DNA from: Eledone cirrhosa
Lineage: Eukaryota
Direction of reading: 5' to 3'
Length of the DNA stretch: 64,000 bases
Assembly (NCBI GenBank): GCA_964016885.1
Contig: OZ024742.1
Span: forward strand, 234,298,001 to 234,362,000
Part shown: positions 26,871 to 41,683 of the stretch, in pieces
Position numbering within the stretch: position 1 is the stretch's first letter
How the letters are laid out: each line of letters starts with the position of its first letter
Translations under genes and position numbers: made by a program
The notes under the pieces: generated by a model
What the model was told of the DNA's origin: nothing
What the model saw: only the letters and a program-made list of their open reading frames with translations
The model's database searches: none

Positions 26871-29459
26871 TATTAAAAACGTTCAACTCGTGATCATCTC
26901 GATCTTTTTTTTTTCAAACAGTGCAATTAAGGTTACACAATCTAATGCCCTTCATTTTTTTAGAGAAATTTGGTTGTTATTTCTAGAAGGCCGAGCGACA
27001 GCGTACAGGCCTTTCATTGTTGTTTGTTGATGTTGTGTCTGTGCGTGCGTGGGTGCTGAAGTGGTGTTGTGCAACCGCCGATGGTGGATGATAGAAACGA
27101 CCGAATAGCAAACAAAATGCCTTGCGGTATTTAGTTATGTCCCTCTATGTTCTATGTTCAAATCCCTCCGATGTCTATTTTTTTTATTCACCCCTTCTCA
27201 AAGTTCGATAAAATAAATACCAGTTAAGTACTAGAATAAATCTGATTGTCTTATAATCTTACTCACCATCTGTGGCTTTGTGCCAATTTGAGAAATCATA
27301 ATTATTATTAATGACAAGACATGTCATCTAAGATGTAATAGATTACTACCGGTGAACTGAATCTTCGACGTGATTTTGGTTCTCGATCGAAACTACTTTA
27401 CTGAACTGTTCTCTTCACTGCTAATGCCCTTGGGGAAAACATGATATATGTCAACATGAAGATGGCTAGACTCGTGTAAGAAATGCTATTCCACTGGGAA
27501 AAAGGCTTTAAAACATTTCTTAATGGAAGCATCTCGATTCTGATGGTCAATATTTATTAATTTATTGAATGATTGGCTGAATATTTGTTATATTAACTCC
27601 CTTTTATATAGGTTTCTCTTCCCTTGTTAATCTCTCCCTACAAACACTAACAGCATAGTTTATTTAAAAAACTGTCATAGTGCAACAGTCACACATATGA
27701 GCGCGCGCGCACACACAAGGGTTCTCTTTAAAAATATTCACCTAATTATGGTAGCGTCACAAGTCTAGGTACGGTCTATCCGTTACGTCAGTTGCTTCCA
27801 CCCTGTAATTGCTGTTTGATATACAACATTGATACTAGTCTAATCCTCTCGGGGGAAAATATGTACCTAAACTTGCTATATGTAATCATTGTTATATTAT
27901 ATTTGCTATACAGCAGTAATACTAGCTACATTATAAATCTAATGCTGTTTTGGGGAAAAATGAATGTCTAAACTTCACATATGTGACCATAACTGGATCA
28001 TATTTGCTACACAACAGCAACACCAGTTAATATAATAGTGTAATGCCCGTGAAAAAGAACAAACGTTTCAACTTCCTGCTATACATCTTTTAAAAACATC
28101 TCGATCTTCGTGCTTATCTCGGAAGCAATTATATAGTTGTAGTTAACAGTAGGTTCATTAATATGTTGCCTTACTGTAAGAAACACATCAGCTCGCTTGT
28201 CTCAGTATTATCTCTACAACGCTGTATTATTAAACTTTGATCCATTATATAACATGTCATCACGTTATAATTACAGTATACTATGTTAATTATTCAACAA
28301 CAGTTGCATCGTAGTCAGTCTTGCATAATAATTATTCCTCAGTGGTTGTCAGACATCATTGTTTCTTCTTCTTCTTCTACTGCTGCTGCCACTGCTACTG
28401 CTGCTGCACAACGGCTACTACATTACACAACACTCGGTACTATGTTATCTTTCCACTGTGTACAGTTGTATCGATACAACAGTAGTACTGTTTGTTAAAT
28501 GAATAATTTTAATATTTCCAGTAAGTTACTTAAAAAAAAAAATATCATTCGATTAATTAAAGTACCAATCAGTTATTGGGTCAATTTAATATTCCTATAA
28601 ATCATCTTAAATATGAATGGAATTATTATAGAATACGGAGAACGAAAAAGAAAACGTGAAACCTAAATTACTCGCCAATTAGTCGGACGCGCGCGCATGC
28701 ACACACACACACTGTTTATAGTTTAGTAGGCAAAACTTATGAACTATCAGTTAATTTAGTTACGCAATGTACATTTAGTAATTCAGTCAAGATATCTTAG
28801 TGTATCATTGATTTAAGCAAAATTTAAGGATTATCAGAAAATGCGTGCAGATCAAAGCATTACTCAGAATACTTAACTCCGATTTAGACGATCTCAAATC
28901 GTACGATGATTAATCGTTCTTTAACTATATTAAAGCTATTAGAGGTGAAGTGTCTGTGTATTATACGGTATCAGACTACCAGGTCGTAGATTATAAGTTC
29001 GTATCTCACTTATTATTATTAAGGCTATAATAATAAAATCTGTAAAATTTCTTCTGTCTTCTTCTTCCTGTATTCAGGGTAGAATTAACCATTAAACCGA
29101 ATATGTACATGCTTAGGGCATCAAAGGAACTGGAGCACCCTTTTATTCAATTTGAATGTCAATTAAAAAAAATAAAACATTTTTGCCGACTTTATATCTA
29201 TGGTGGGCATCATAATCTTTTAATTGCTTGAGAGCCATTTTTTTTTGTGTTTTGCAAAACATATAATTCTATTTACCTGAGTTTACTTAAGTCAGACAAC
29301 TGACAGGTGGCCAGTTATTTTTTTCTCAATAGACTTCAGCAGTCCTTGTTTCTTTAACAATAAACAGATTAGACAAATTTATCCTCCATTCCTAGATGAG
29401 ATACTAATCTAGTACAACTTGAGACTTGGCATTGCAATTCATCAGACAAATACAAGCCA

Positions 29460-30035
29460 ATTTTGATTTTTATCCCACAATGTCCGACTTCCACATTGAA
29501 TGGTTTTGATTTAGCACTATTTATCCGAACACAAATACTCGGGCATTCATATTGAGACATCAGGGCAGCAAAGAGCTGACCATTGATCCCATACTCCTGC
29601 AGAACTTAGCACACCAGTCCCGGGAACGCGATCATATGTCTTTTCAATGTTGACAGAACAAGAATATATCTCTTGGTAATATTCCCACTATTTCTCAAAG
29701 ACCTACCACAGAGTAAATATTTTGTTGGCTGTGCTGCGTCTGGGGGTGAAAACCACACTGCATCTCTTTACCAGATACTTAGCATAGACTTCACCGGAGA
29801 GGCTTAACAAAGAAATCTCTCTGTAATTGGAACAATCTCTCTTGCTTCTCTTTTTGAAATTTGGGATTATCACTCCCAATTGTCATTGCTCAGGTGCCTT
29901 TCTAGAGATCCAGGCCACCTGGGACACAAAAGTCAGTCTGAGAATACCTCTATTTAAGGCTTTTAACATCTCTGGCTGTATTTCATCTTCACCAGCGGCC
30001 TTGCCACATTTGAGCTCTTTAACTGTTCTTGTGAC
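29460..30035 (-). mobile_element. RTE fragment, same family as 4330-6003, inverted
   Basis: Reverse-complement similarity to about 4610-5100. Confidence 0.85.
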
Positions 30036-30199
30036 AGGTCAATGAATGCTATGTTTTAACTAGAAAGAGGACATTAGTGATATAGTCACATTGCACAAAC
30101 TGAAAATTCATCTCAATTAAGTTAGATCTCTTAATTGTGCTGTAACTCCTTTTGTAATTTTCACTGCTTTGTCCACCAAGTTGATGACTCTGTAGTTAC

Positions 30200-31060
30200 T
30201 TCTTACATCTCCTTTCTTCTTGTATTAGTTGATGATGATATTGGTATGTTTGTCATTAGGGATGATACATTTCTCTTTACCTGATTGACCATGCAAGTGT
30301 CCTTCCTTGCTAGATATTTACTGCATCTCAATAGCTATCCATGAGGATCTAGCTGCTCTTCCTGTCTTCATATCTTTTATCACCCTTTCCTTTCATCTGT
30401 GTAGTTGTCAAACTTCAATAGCTGATCCTTCTGTCGTCTCTCTTTTCCCCACATTCTCGTTATTCAACAATCTTTCATAGTAGCATTTCCATGCTTCTTT
30501 CTTCTCAGCATACTTTTTTCTCCAACATCAATGCATTGTTTCACGTTGATACACTGTTTTGCAATTAGAATATCTCACACTTCTGTTCTTTTCACTGTAG
30601 GACATTAACAAACCTCTTATTTTCAGTTTTTTCTCTTTGCTAAGTATACCTAATGTCTAGCTTTTCTTCTAGTTACCTGGCATTGTCCCTTTCCGTTTTG
30701 TTTTTTCCAAACATTCCAGATTTGTCTCTTGGCTTTTATAGGCCTATACATTGTTTGACTAGAACATTGCTCCGTCTAAACATTCACAGGTTTGGTTTGG
30801 GTTTGATAAGTCTTTATCTCATTTACTCATCATACAAGTCACCTAGTACTTTTTCAAATATTTCTATAGCTGGAGCATTCATACTATGCTTCTTGTGTCT
30901 TGGAGTTAGTTTTAGCTTTTATCTGGGAAAGGAAAGAACTTAATAATCCAGTTGTCTATTTGGACTGTTTGCTTGATTAGTTATTGAAAAGGAGGTTGAC
31001 TTGTTTCCTGAAGTTAGGACCCTAAGAGCCTTGAAATGTCTCTATTCCTTGTGCCATATC
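30200..31060 (-). mobile_element. Highly decayed LINE fragment (probable)
   Basis: Strand-skewed composition next to the RTE fragment; no intact motif read. Confidence 0.3.
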
Positions 31061-32681
31061 CATTGTTTCCACATTTATCAGAGTAGGCATAGTTTTACTT
31101 GTTAATTAAAGTCATCAGCCATATGTGTGCAAGTAAGAATGCTTTAATTTATAAGGAGAAAGAAAATCATGACATTTTATATCAAAACCTACAGCCTTAG
31201 TATCTATCCTCACACCAAATTTGTTGCTCTGTTTCTATTATGCCAAATAAAGGTCTTATATATTGATTTTGTTTTTGTTATATCACAATAAACCTTGCTG
31301 ACTACAATTCATACTGTTTATTTTTGGTATATATTGAGCTGCTTTTAAACCTCTTATGTATCCAGAAAGGCTAGCTGCTCTTTAAGATTTATCTGTGAAG
31401 AAAAAGAAAATAACGGGTATTTTCAAATGCCTGTGTGCAAATTTCTATCCTTTTGAATATGCTATTCTAGCTACTTATGTCTTTGTATCAATTCATTTTG
31501 TTATTATTTATATATATACTGTACTATTGTTAAACACACCCACAGTTTTTAGTAGTGTTTAACACTATATAATCCAATGTGTCTTGTACTTTTTAAGATG
31601 ATAGGGTTTTGATTTAAGGTAAATTTCTTCTATGTTAACATAGAGGATCCTTTATTGGTTTGTGTTTTGGCGTCATGATGTTTGGATATGTTCTTTGGTG
31701 TGTAGAGTGCAAACAGTAGCAAAACCTTTCTTTTTAATGTTTTGTCAGGTTGAAAAGTGTGTCCATTACCCTTTACAGGGCTTCTGAGACTAATGGGAGG
31801 GAAGGGCAGTACCCTCTGCCCATTACCCTTTCCATGGCCTCTGAGACTGGTGGGAAGGAGGGAATAAGGGATCTTCAAACATGATTGTTTGCAACAAAGT
31901 GAACTTTGTTAAAGACACCCAAGGGCCAGGTGATGGTGTTAAATTAGGCAACAGTTTAGGTCTACCATCCAAGGAGGCTAAAGTGTGATTTGAACTCAGA
32001 ATACAAAGAACTGAAACAAATAGCACAAGGCACCTCACCTGTCAATATACTGCTCTGGACTGCTACTTCTCCAGTTTTGACTGGTACATTATTTCATTGA
32101 CCCCAGAAGGATAAAAAACAAAGTTCACTTCGGAGGGATTTGAATTCAGAATGTAAAGAGTCAGAAAAAATACTGCAATGGCATTTCATCTGATGCTCTA
32201 CCATTTCTTCCAATCCACCAATCTTTGAACCAGGACAAATATGGCAAGGCATTTTGTCTAATGCTTTAACAATCTATGTATTCATCACATATGTAAACTT
32301 AGTGCAAAGTTCAGAAAAAAGTATATGTACTGCTTCTTTGATAATGCCGAGTGGTTCCCTATGAATTATGGAAATTTCATTCCGTAACAATATATGTTGT
32401 TCATTCATGGACCTTATATGTTTCTTTTATCAGTAAGGCTTGGAATTGACAACAACTATAATGGTGGTAGTAAGGATGCTAGTGGGAAAATCAAATACTC
32501 TATGCATTTATATCCACCTCCACAAAAAACAACAAAATCCCAGTCTAACTGAGGTAGTTAAAATACCTCCACAGTGCTCTTCTGGTAAATGTATTTAGTT
32601 ACAAAACTAATACCTAAGAGAGATTTATGTGGTAACTAGACACAAGTGAATGTCACAAAGCACATGTAATTAATTGAAATG

Positions 32682-32752
<71 letters not shown>

Positions 32753-33664
32753 TGTGCATTAAAGACACAAAGATGGAAGAGGGAGATGAAAAAAGACATG
32801 GGGTGAAGAAGAAATGCAATTTCATGAAGGAAGTCACACAGAACCGAGTTGATTGATAATATGCCATAATACAAAAGAATGTCAGTGTTCTTGTGAGGAA
32901 ATGTGGGGAGAGACTAGAGACAACATGGTGTGACGAGGCACCTTTAGCTTGCAGTGAATGGGACAGTGATGGTGTTGTAATAAAACTCATTCAGTACTCA
33001 CTCACCCATACGGTGGTGGGTGAACTGACCAAGACAACATAAAGTAAAGAGGACCCTCTAGCTCTGTCAAGTGCCTGGCAACTCCTCTAGTGTTGGTATC
33101 ATAATAAAATGCATCCAGTACATTCTGTAAAGTGGTTGACGATCAAATGGAGATAAGTCTGGCCTTGCATATGACAGCCTCTCTAATGCTGCTGCCATGA
33201 TAAAATACACCCAGTACCTTATGTAATGTGGTAGCGCTGGTGTCACAATAAAATGCACCTAATACACTCTGTAAAGTGGCTGACATTAAGAAACACATCC
33301 AATCTTAGAAACTGTGCCATATATGGAATGTCTAAGCAAAATGAGGTCTTACCAACCCATCTGGTCTCAGACTATGACAACATGGAAATCAGATGTAAAA
33401 TCATGGTGATGATGATGACATGACTGTGATCAAGTTTAATCTTTTCCATCAAGGACCTAATTTTCACATTTTCCTATTAATCCTTTATTTCTAATTTAGA
33501 ACAATAGCATCCCAAAATCCACTAATCTGTCACTGTTTCAAGACTTTCATAACCTCATCCTCAGAATTAAAACAATGTTAATAAGGACATGCTCTTCATG
33601 AACCCTGCAGCATGCCACAAAAGACTACACAGGAGTATTGGTAAAATCCTCAGTGCTGGATTAA

Positions 33665-34158
33665 CCCTTTTGATACCAACCTGCCCAAAACTGGCTCTCA
33701 TTCTATGTAGCAAAAACATTTATAACAAAATAATGTTGCTGCATACTTCACATGGAACTTTGAAAAGTCTTGTATATATGAATCTTTTTTTTGCAGATTA
33801 AATTAATATTGACAGATTATTTATTAATTTTTTTTAAAAACTGACCTTAGATATATATGTGTATACCAAGAAAATGTTTTTAGAGTTACTTGAAATAGAT
33901 CTCAAAGAATGCAACAAATTTTTAAATGACATTTAGTCATAGGATGCTTTTTAAACCATCTTACACATCAAAACTGGCTCTGGTTCTATGAAATAAAACC
34001 ATCCATTTTAAAGGATTCTTATTCAAATTTAAATCATTGAATATAACTTTATATAAGAACCATATGTTAAGCTATTATTTTAGTAATGAAAGAGTTAATA
34101 ATTTTTGTAAATCTCTCAAAATTCTTTATTAATTTGTTGAAATATGGTCATGAAAGGG
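33665..34158. mobile_element. TTAA-flanked MITE, second family
   Basis: TTAA|CCCTTTTGATACC ... GGTCATGAAAGGG|TTAA. Confidence 0.55.
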
Positions 34159-35322
34159 TTAAAAAAATGATACAACAGTTAAGTTCAGGTAATTTCATAG
34201 TTAATTTCATGTGTCCACAACAAACAAGAAGAGTATCTACTGAGGATTTATTAATAGCAAAATATATACAAACAAAAATCATAACACAAACAAAAGTTAA
34301 TGTTAGGTATTAAGTGAAATATAACAACAAACATATTTACTGATGAAACAACTCAGTATCGGTTGTAAAATCAAATTTATATATGTACACACATAATGCA
34401 CAATGCAAAGAGCCAACTTACACAGACACTATGCATCTCTTTTTCTTTCCCATTCATTCTTTAGTAATTTTGAACATCATATCTGGTCATTCTCCCACTT
34501 CCGGTCATTCAATGGCTACCATTTAAGAAATACACTACACCTGGTTTCCTTGTCTAGGCATTTCCTTTATTTACTCTTTCTGTTTTGTCTTCCTTTCTTC
34601 GTCTATTTTCTGAAGAAAAAAATAGAATTATCTGACTTGGTGATTTGTTCTTTAATCTCAGCTTAAACCATTCTTAACCATTTAGCATTTATATTACTCT
34701 ATATATACAATTGTATTTTCACAGTAACGGCTTTATCTCACATAATATTGAATCTATGAGATTTTGATATTATTTATTTTGAGAACAATACCTTAACATC
34801 ATTATGAGTGGCTAGCTATAGCCAGTTTGAACAGAAAGAGGTGGAAGAATTCTGGCTGGATACAGCCGGTTTAAATGCTAAAGGGTTCAACATGCTTGTA
34901 TATTATCTATGTTGAAGCATTCTCTGAATACTGCTGATTTTCGCCATTTACTTTTATGGTATCCAATGCCAACCAGGTAGGACATTGCAGATTTCACTTC
35001 TAGACAATGCAAAGTTAATATTTGGATAATGTACTCCATACTCAAATAAACCCTGTCATTTTTTATGGGTACTATGCTGGTATAATATATGTATGTATGT
35101 ATATCTGGAGACCTCTCTGCACTTGTCGTCGCATGGTACCATGGGCCCAGCACTATGTGTCAATAATTGTCACAAGTGTAGTGTTTGTACCAGAGTTTTC
35201 AAGTCGCTGGCTGGACTAAAAAGTCACACTCGTTCAGCGCATCGGTAGGGGTTCTCCTACATGGATATAAAGTAGTGGCCGTACTCGAAAACGAGTTGGC
35301 AGCCACCATGTATGTATGTATG

Positions 35323-35373
<51 letters not shown>

Positions 35374-36233
35374 CCTATTTGTTGCTGTGCTGATAAGCGT
35401 TTTGGCATTGATACACTGGGTGGATGCCCTTCCTAACACCAGCGCCACTTTACAGCATGGACTGGGTGCTTTTATTTGTGCCACCAGCACTAGAGAGGAT
35501 GTCTTACTAGACTCAAGGGCCCTCTCTACCCCTCCATTTTACAGCATGGTCATTAAAAAAAAAATAAATAAAAAAAAACTTGTTGACACGACACACACTC
35601 ACACACCAACACTCATGCATACAAACCACAAACACACTCACACACCAACACTCATGCATACAAACCACAAACACACACACGCCACTCACATACCAACACT
35701 CATTCATGCATACAAACACACACACCACTCACAAACACATATATATATATATATTACCGGCAGTACTGATACAAATACAAAATCAAAATCATGTCAAATA
35801 TGTATATAATATATATATATATATTATATACACATACAGACATATATACGTATGTATGTGTATTTGTGTGTAATATGTACAAACAGACTAAGCTTTAATT
35901 CGGTGTTTAGCTAAACCTCATATATACTTTACCATAAAATATTTAAAAAACAAAAGTAACTTACAAAGGATTAAAGATAAATTCATATACTCTTTCAGCT
36001 GCACGTCTTTAGTAATTCTACTTTTTTTAAAAATCTGTAATGAGATTCACAAGTGACTGTTTTATCAATCATCTTTAAATTTGATGCTTTATTGATGTAT
36101 AAGTAGATTAGATTAAAAGAACTAGTATATATTTTCCACACACCTATCCTTTGGCAAAAACAAAATTGCTGAGTGGATAGGATGTCATTCACTATGTGGA
36201 GCCTTAGTTTGCCTAGCTCAGTAACCAGTTCAG

Positions 36234-36560
36234 CTGTGAGAAGGGTTTGGTGTAGCCAACTGGCCTGTCCCTCTTCTTAGTGGTGCCATCCAGTTCCAGG
36301 CTCCCAAACTGTGCTTCCACAGCGAGAAGGGTTTGTCGCGGCCAAATGGCCTCTCCTTCCTCACAACTGTGCCACACAGTAAATGTGGTTATGGTGCTGA
36401 AACTATGGTATTGTTGTGAGAAGTATTTGGCGCAGCCAACTGGCCTGTCCCTCCTCTTAGCAGTGCCATCTAGTTCCAGGCTCTTGGACTGTGGTTCCAC
36501 TGTGAGAAGGGTTCGGCGCAGCCAACTAGCCTGTCCTTCCTCTTAGCAGTGCCATCCAAT
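36234..36560. repeat. Degenerate 85-95 bp tandem repeat, 3-4 units
   Basis: tgtgagaagggtttg..gcagccaactggcctgtccctc.tcttag..gtgccatc.agttccaggctc recurs. Confidence 0.8.
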
Positions 36561-37875
36561 CCCACACTGCAAAGTTGGTTGTGGCTCCCAAATTGTGGTC
36601 CTCGATATAACACCATATTTGCAGGTGGACCCGAAATCAAATTTTCTATTTCTTATCTTCTATTCTATGTTTGGGTTCAATGTAATCCTGTTACATAATT
36701 CTGCAGATGACACCTGATGAGATCGCCCTGTCTTGCATCATAATTGGATGACGGAGCTGGACCATCAAAATATGTATAGTGATTTCGCAGAATTAAAATT
36801 CTAAAGCAAATTTTCCAGTACGGCCTACTGTTGTTGTTTAATAAATACTTTTCTCCATTCCTGCACCAGTCAGTGGATACCACATTTATGATGGACACTT
36901 GCATAACGTTGAGTGCTTTCATTAATTTATTGCATCATCATTTACCAACCAGAACCACCAGTTCTACCCACTGGTAATCAAACTAACATAAATGATACAT
37001 ATATCCTCTGCTGCTTTTGCTGGAATCCGCTGGCCGTATATCTTTAGATATACAAAATTCACATACATGTATGTATATAGCTATGCCAAAGCTAAATTTT
37101 AATTCTACATTTATGTTGAGCTCACTTATATAGCTTTGTATGCAAATGAGGCTAATCCACCCACCTACACAAGCGAAAAAGCTATATATTTTCGCCTGTT
37201 TCAAGTTCCAGCAGAGAGCAGGGGGAAGCAATGTGCTGATGAGAGCCAGATCTCAAAATTCATTGACAGTTATCCTCCACTGCTTCTGCTGGGATCTGCT
37301 AGACTACACAGGCCATCAGCCTTTCAATTCATAGCTTGGCTTTCAAAATGTTTATTTATTGAATATACCATATATCTTTAGATATATGAAATTCACATAC
37401 ATGTGTGTATAAGCTAAATTTTAATATATATATATAGTATAAAATGTTTTCATTTGTTGTCAGCCCCCCCCCCCCCCCCTTTTTGGACATTAGTTCAGCT
37501 GAACTATATGCTTCATGGTAAATCCAACAATAGAAAATCTCCCCAGTTCTCCTCTTCCCTTGAGTCCCTAAGATAGTGCTTATTTTGCTTAATAGTTAAT
37601 CCAGCTCTGTCAGTGACTCCCAAAATTTTCATTATCAAGGACCCCCTTGTATTTAAATGAATTTTACTTTAGAAGACAATTACTCCATTCTCAATACTGT
37701 GAGAATATTTATACTTAGAAAAGAATGGAGACTCAATAGCTTACACATATGCTTTAACAAAATGTTTGAAATATTAAACCTAGTTTGCTATCTCTATACT
37801 ACTTTTGTGGACCCCAGGTCGGGAACTGCTGACCTATCTTTTTGAAATAGATACCTGATCAGCTGGTAATATTAC

Positions 37876-38060
37876 GGTGGATTGGCAGTATCGGTAGAGG
37901 GTCGGACGCCATGCTTTCCAGCATACTTACGTCCCTTTACGATCTGAGTTCAAATCCCGCCGAGGTTGACTTTGCCTTTCATCCTTACGGGGTCAATAAA
38001 ATAAAGTACCAGTAATGAACTGGGTTATTGCTGGCCTTGTGCCTAAAGTAGAAACAAATA
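37876..38060 (+). mobile_element. SINE family 1, near-consensus copy
   Basis: Very similar to the copy at 58557-58745. Confidence 0.9.
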
Positions 38061-40653
38061 TTACTTGTGATAGATTGATATTTCATCCACTTCATAAAAC
38101 AGAAGTTAAGCATTGGCTCTCAACACCCTCCAGAGCTAAGGAAATATATATTTTTAGTTGTTTGAAAAATATTTTTACATTTGGAAGATTAGGCCTTTTT
38201 GTTTCCACAGTGTATTATTGTTGTTGTTATTATTTAGGTCCTCATCAAATTGAATTAGATGTCATTGATGTTGTTGATGCTGTCATCATTCTACCTTCAT
38301 CGTTGTTGTTATTCAGCTTCAAGGCAGCTCTAATTGATCTAGGATCAAAGTTTTTTTAGTCATAAGCATCTCATCCTTTTCTTATCTGGGACTACATCTT
38401 ACAGGAATTTCAGATTAATAGCTGCAAACAAAACAATTTCCATACAAATAGTTGACAGTCTAATTTATTTGGGATTATTTTGTGCATGTATTAAAGTGTA
38501 ATACTCAATAGAATTCAATACAATTTATGATATGTATTATCGGTTAGGGTTAAGATTTAAAGTTTAGGATTTAAGGTTAGGTATTAGGGTTAGGGGTTAA
38601 GAGATAGGATGGGATAGTCACAGTTCAAAACTGTAGTTCTATTAATTTTTTCTTTGTACATGTGTATGACCCATATACATTACATATGTGCATGACCATA
38701 GTCACAAAAACCAAATGAAAAACATTAGTAAGTAGTTTATGTCCATTTGATGGTTTGATTGCTTTGTAATTGAATGGTAATTTATTATGGATAAATAAAT
38801 TAAAATATTTGTTTCTAATTTATATTTTAATTATTTGTTGACAAACCTTTGGTCTTATAGAACTTAGATGTGATTGGTGAATTTTATAGTTTTATGTTAA
38901 TTATTGTTTTGGTTGAATCACCCTAAAATTACACTATACTATATTAAATTAGACAAATTTAGTTGCTGATACACCTCCACTTTTCAATGGGATGGCCAAC
39001 TTTGGAATACCTTTGATTTTACGTCTGCTTCATCAGAGTTGAGCTAAACAACTGCATTCATTCCTATTTGAAATATTATGTGTACTAGTTTTAATTATTT
39101 TTAATCCATATTACAAAATATAAATATAATCCATAATGCAACAACTTGTTTAGTTAAACCCATTTATTTATTTAATATATTTAAAATTATTTTCATACGT
39201 CTTTGCCCACTCCGCCCCTCATTGTTCGTGTTTAACCCCAGGTCAGCAGCCATGATAAGCAAACCTATGATCAAAGATATTTTATGTGAGTGACACATAG
39301 AGGCATCTTCATTTGATTATTGTTACTAGTGTTGTTTTATTTTGGTTAAGATTGTAGTGTCAGTCAGTCCTGATCAAGCAGACCTATTATCATATACATT
39401 TCAGCTATTACCTTCACATTTTTATTTTTTATCTATTCATTTATTTATTTATTTTTGCAAAATATATCTAAGAATACATAATCTAATATGTCCTTCCTTT
39501 TTAAAGATGGCAAAATGTAAATTGAGAGAGAACAGACTGCAATTTCTAGCAAGCCAAGTGAGGATATAGAGGTCTAAGAAAATGCACGACACTAGACTAG
39601 CTGATATATTTTTTTTGTCACATCGCCAGTTTGAAGAGCAAATTGATAGTGGAGTCAGGTCCATAACTCCTATGGGTGACCTTGAGCCAATCCCCTGCGA
39701 AATGTGCGTAACAGGTCGATACGCAATAAATATCATACACATGTAAACAAAACTTCCACGTTTTTTTCTAATATATATACTCTGCCTGCTGTGTGTAATA
39801 TCTTCACCTATGGTTATAACCTCTTATATTGTTTTTGTAAAACGATATCTCTCTCTCTCACACACATATATTCATTTTATTAAAGCTAAATAATGAGTCT
39901 TGCAACTCTGGAGTTGCCTGTTTATCACAGGGTAATCTATACAGGCGAAACTCCTGAGTAACAAGACTCACTATTTAGCCTCAATAAAATGAATATTAAA
40001 ACTCTATTTCGTTATTGAGTATTCCTTTCTCTTAGCCGTCAACCATATATGGATATACATAAATATAAATATATATATAAAGGGTTTGAAATTTGAAAAT
40101 GTGAGTATCCAGATGCAGAAAATTGCAGCCATAATAGTTGATCACTAGGCCGTTATAAATAACAGTTGAAAAAATCAGGTAAAATACCTCCAGAGACAGC
40201 AATGTACCTGTAAGGAATCGAACCCTGCATCTCTCGAATACTGCGCGAGAGCATTAACTACTAAACTAAGAAGCTGCTGACACTTCTGTCTTTTAAAATG
40301 CTTTAAGCCTTGTAGCTAGAAATGTAAACAAACTTTATATATATATTTCTTTTAATGGTTATCATAACTTCCATCACAATGCAATTGTTATTTTATACCT
40401 GAAAATTAAGTAGTTAAGGCTTTATATAACTTTCAGAGGTTTCTGAGTGCAGAAACATAAAAAAGAAAATGTTTAAAAATGGATACCGTAATACATCTAC
40501 TTCAACGTACTACTATTTCAAATATCAATTCAATTTACTGCCTTACATTTTATACTTACAATATGTACATCTGTTCTGTATCACCTGATGTGTATTTCAT
40601 ACTTACTAAACAGTCGTATAACATACTACGTAGTTGAAATTCAGTAATTACAT

Positions 40654-41260
40654 AATTGTTTCTACGTTAGGCACAAGGCCAGCATTTACCCAGTATATTA
40701 CTGGTACTTTATTTTATCGACCCCGTAAGGATGAAAGGCAAAGTTAACCTCGGCGGGATTTGAACTCAGAATGGCAAGGGCCGTAACTCTATGCGCCAAA
40801 GCATGGCATCCAGCACTCTACCAATACTGCCAATCCACCGCCTTCAGTAATTACATAATACAACCAAACACAGTGTGGATTAACAATGTCGGTAGAGCGT
40901 CGGACACCATGCTTTGCACTTTACGATCTGAGTTCAAATCCAGCCGAGGTTTGCTTTGCCTTAAATCCTTATGGGGGTCGATAAAATAAAGCACCAGTCA
41001 TGCACTGGGGTTGATTTAATCCCCCCCCTCCCCAATTTGCTGACTTTATGCCTAAAGTAGAAACAATTATTAATATTGAAATTATTATTATTATTATGAG
41101 CTGACAAGGGCTGTGGATTGCTTAATGATATTTAGTTACGATGTTCTACATTCTGAGTTCATATCCCATCGAAGTTAACTTTGCCTTTCATCTTTCTGGG
41201 TTTGATATAATTGATTTTCCCTTCCTTCAAATTGCTGGCCTTGTGACAATGTTAGAAACA
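40654..41260. mobile_element. SINE family 1 cluster (- 40654-40843; + 40870-41070; + 41100-41260)
   Basis: Same consensus; head-to-head arrangement. Confidence 0.85.
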
Positions 41261-41683
41261 AGGGAACGTCATTGTGGTTGCTAGATCCGTTAGAAGTAGT
41301 AGCTAAATCTTCCTCAAATTACATTTTGCAGTCTCGAAAAAAAAAAAAAAAAAAGGAAACATTGGAAAATATGGTCCTGGGTATATTATGCTTGAACAAT
41401 ATGATAGAAGGGTCATAGTTGGAATGTCTAGCATTTACATTACTCTATATTTACTATTGTATTTTCACCGTAAAGGCTTTACCTTACATAATTATCACAC
41501 ACAATATCTAATCTATGAGATTTTGATGTTATTTATTTTGAGAACAATACCTTGACATCAATATAAGTGGCCAGTTACAGCCGGTTTGAGCAGAAAGAGG
41601 TGAGAGAATTGTGACCGGATACAGTCGGTTTAAATGCTAAAGGGTTAATCAGGACTGAGCCGGAGCTAAACAACAATAACATC

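Noticed and set aside
27815-28075. Degenerate 100-bp tandem repeat, about three units (also a 39-bp repeat near 35590-35740)
   Set aside because: Real but ordinary minisatellites with no ORF or structure
40205-40280. tRNA-like sequence on the minus strand (ggttcgattcc B box)
   Set aside because: Acceptor and anticodon arms do not form properly; probably a decayed tRNA-derived repeat head
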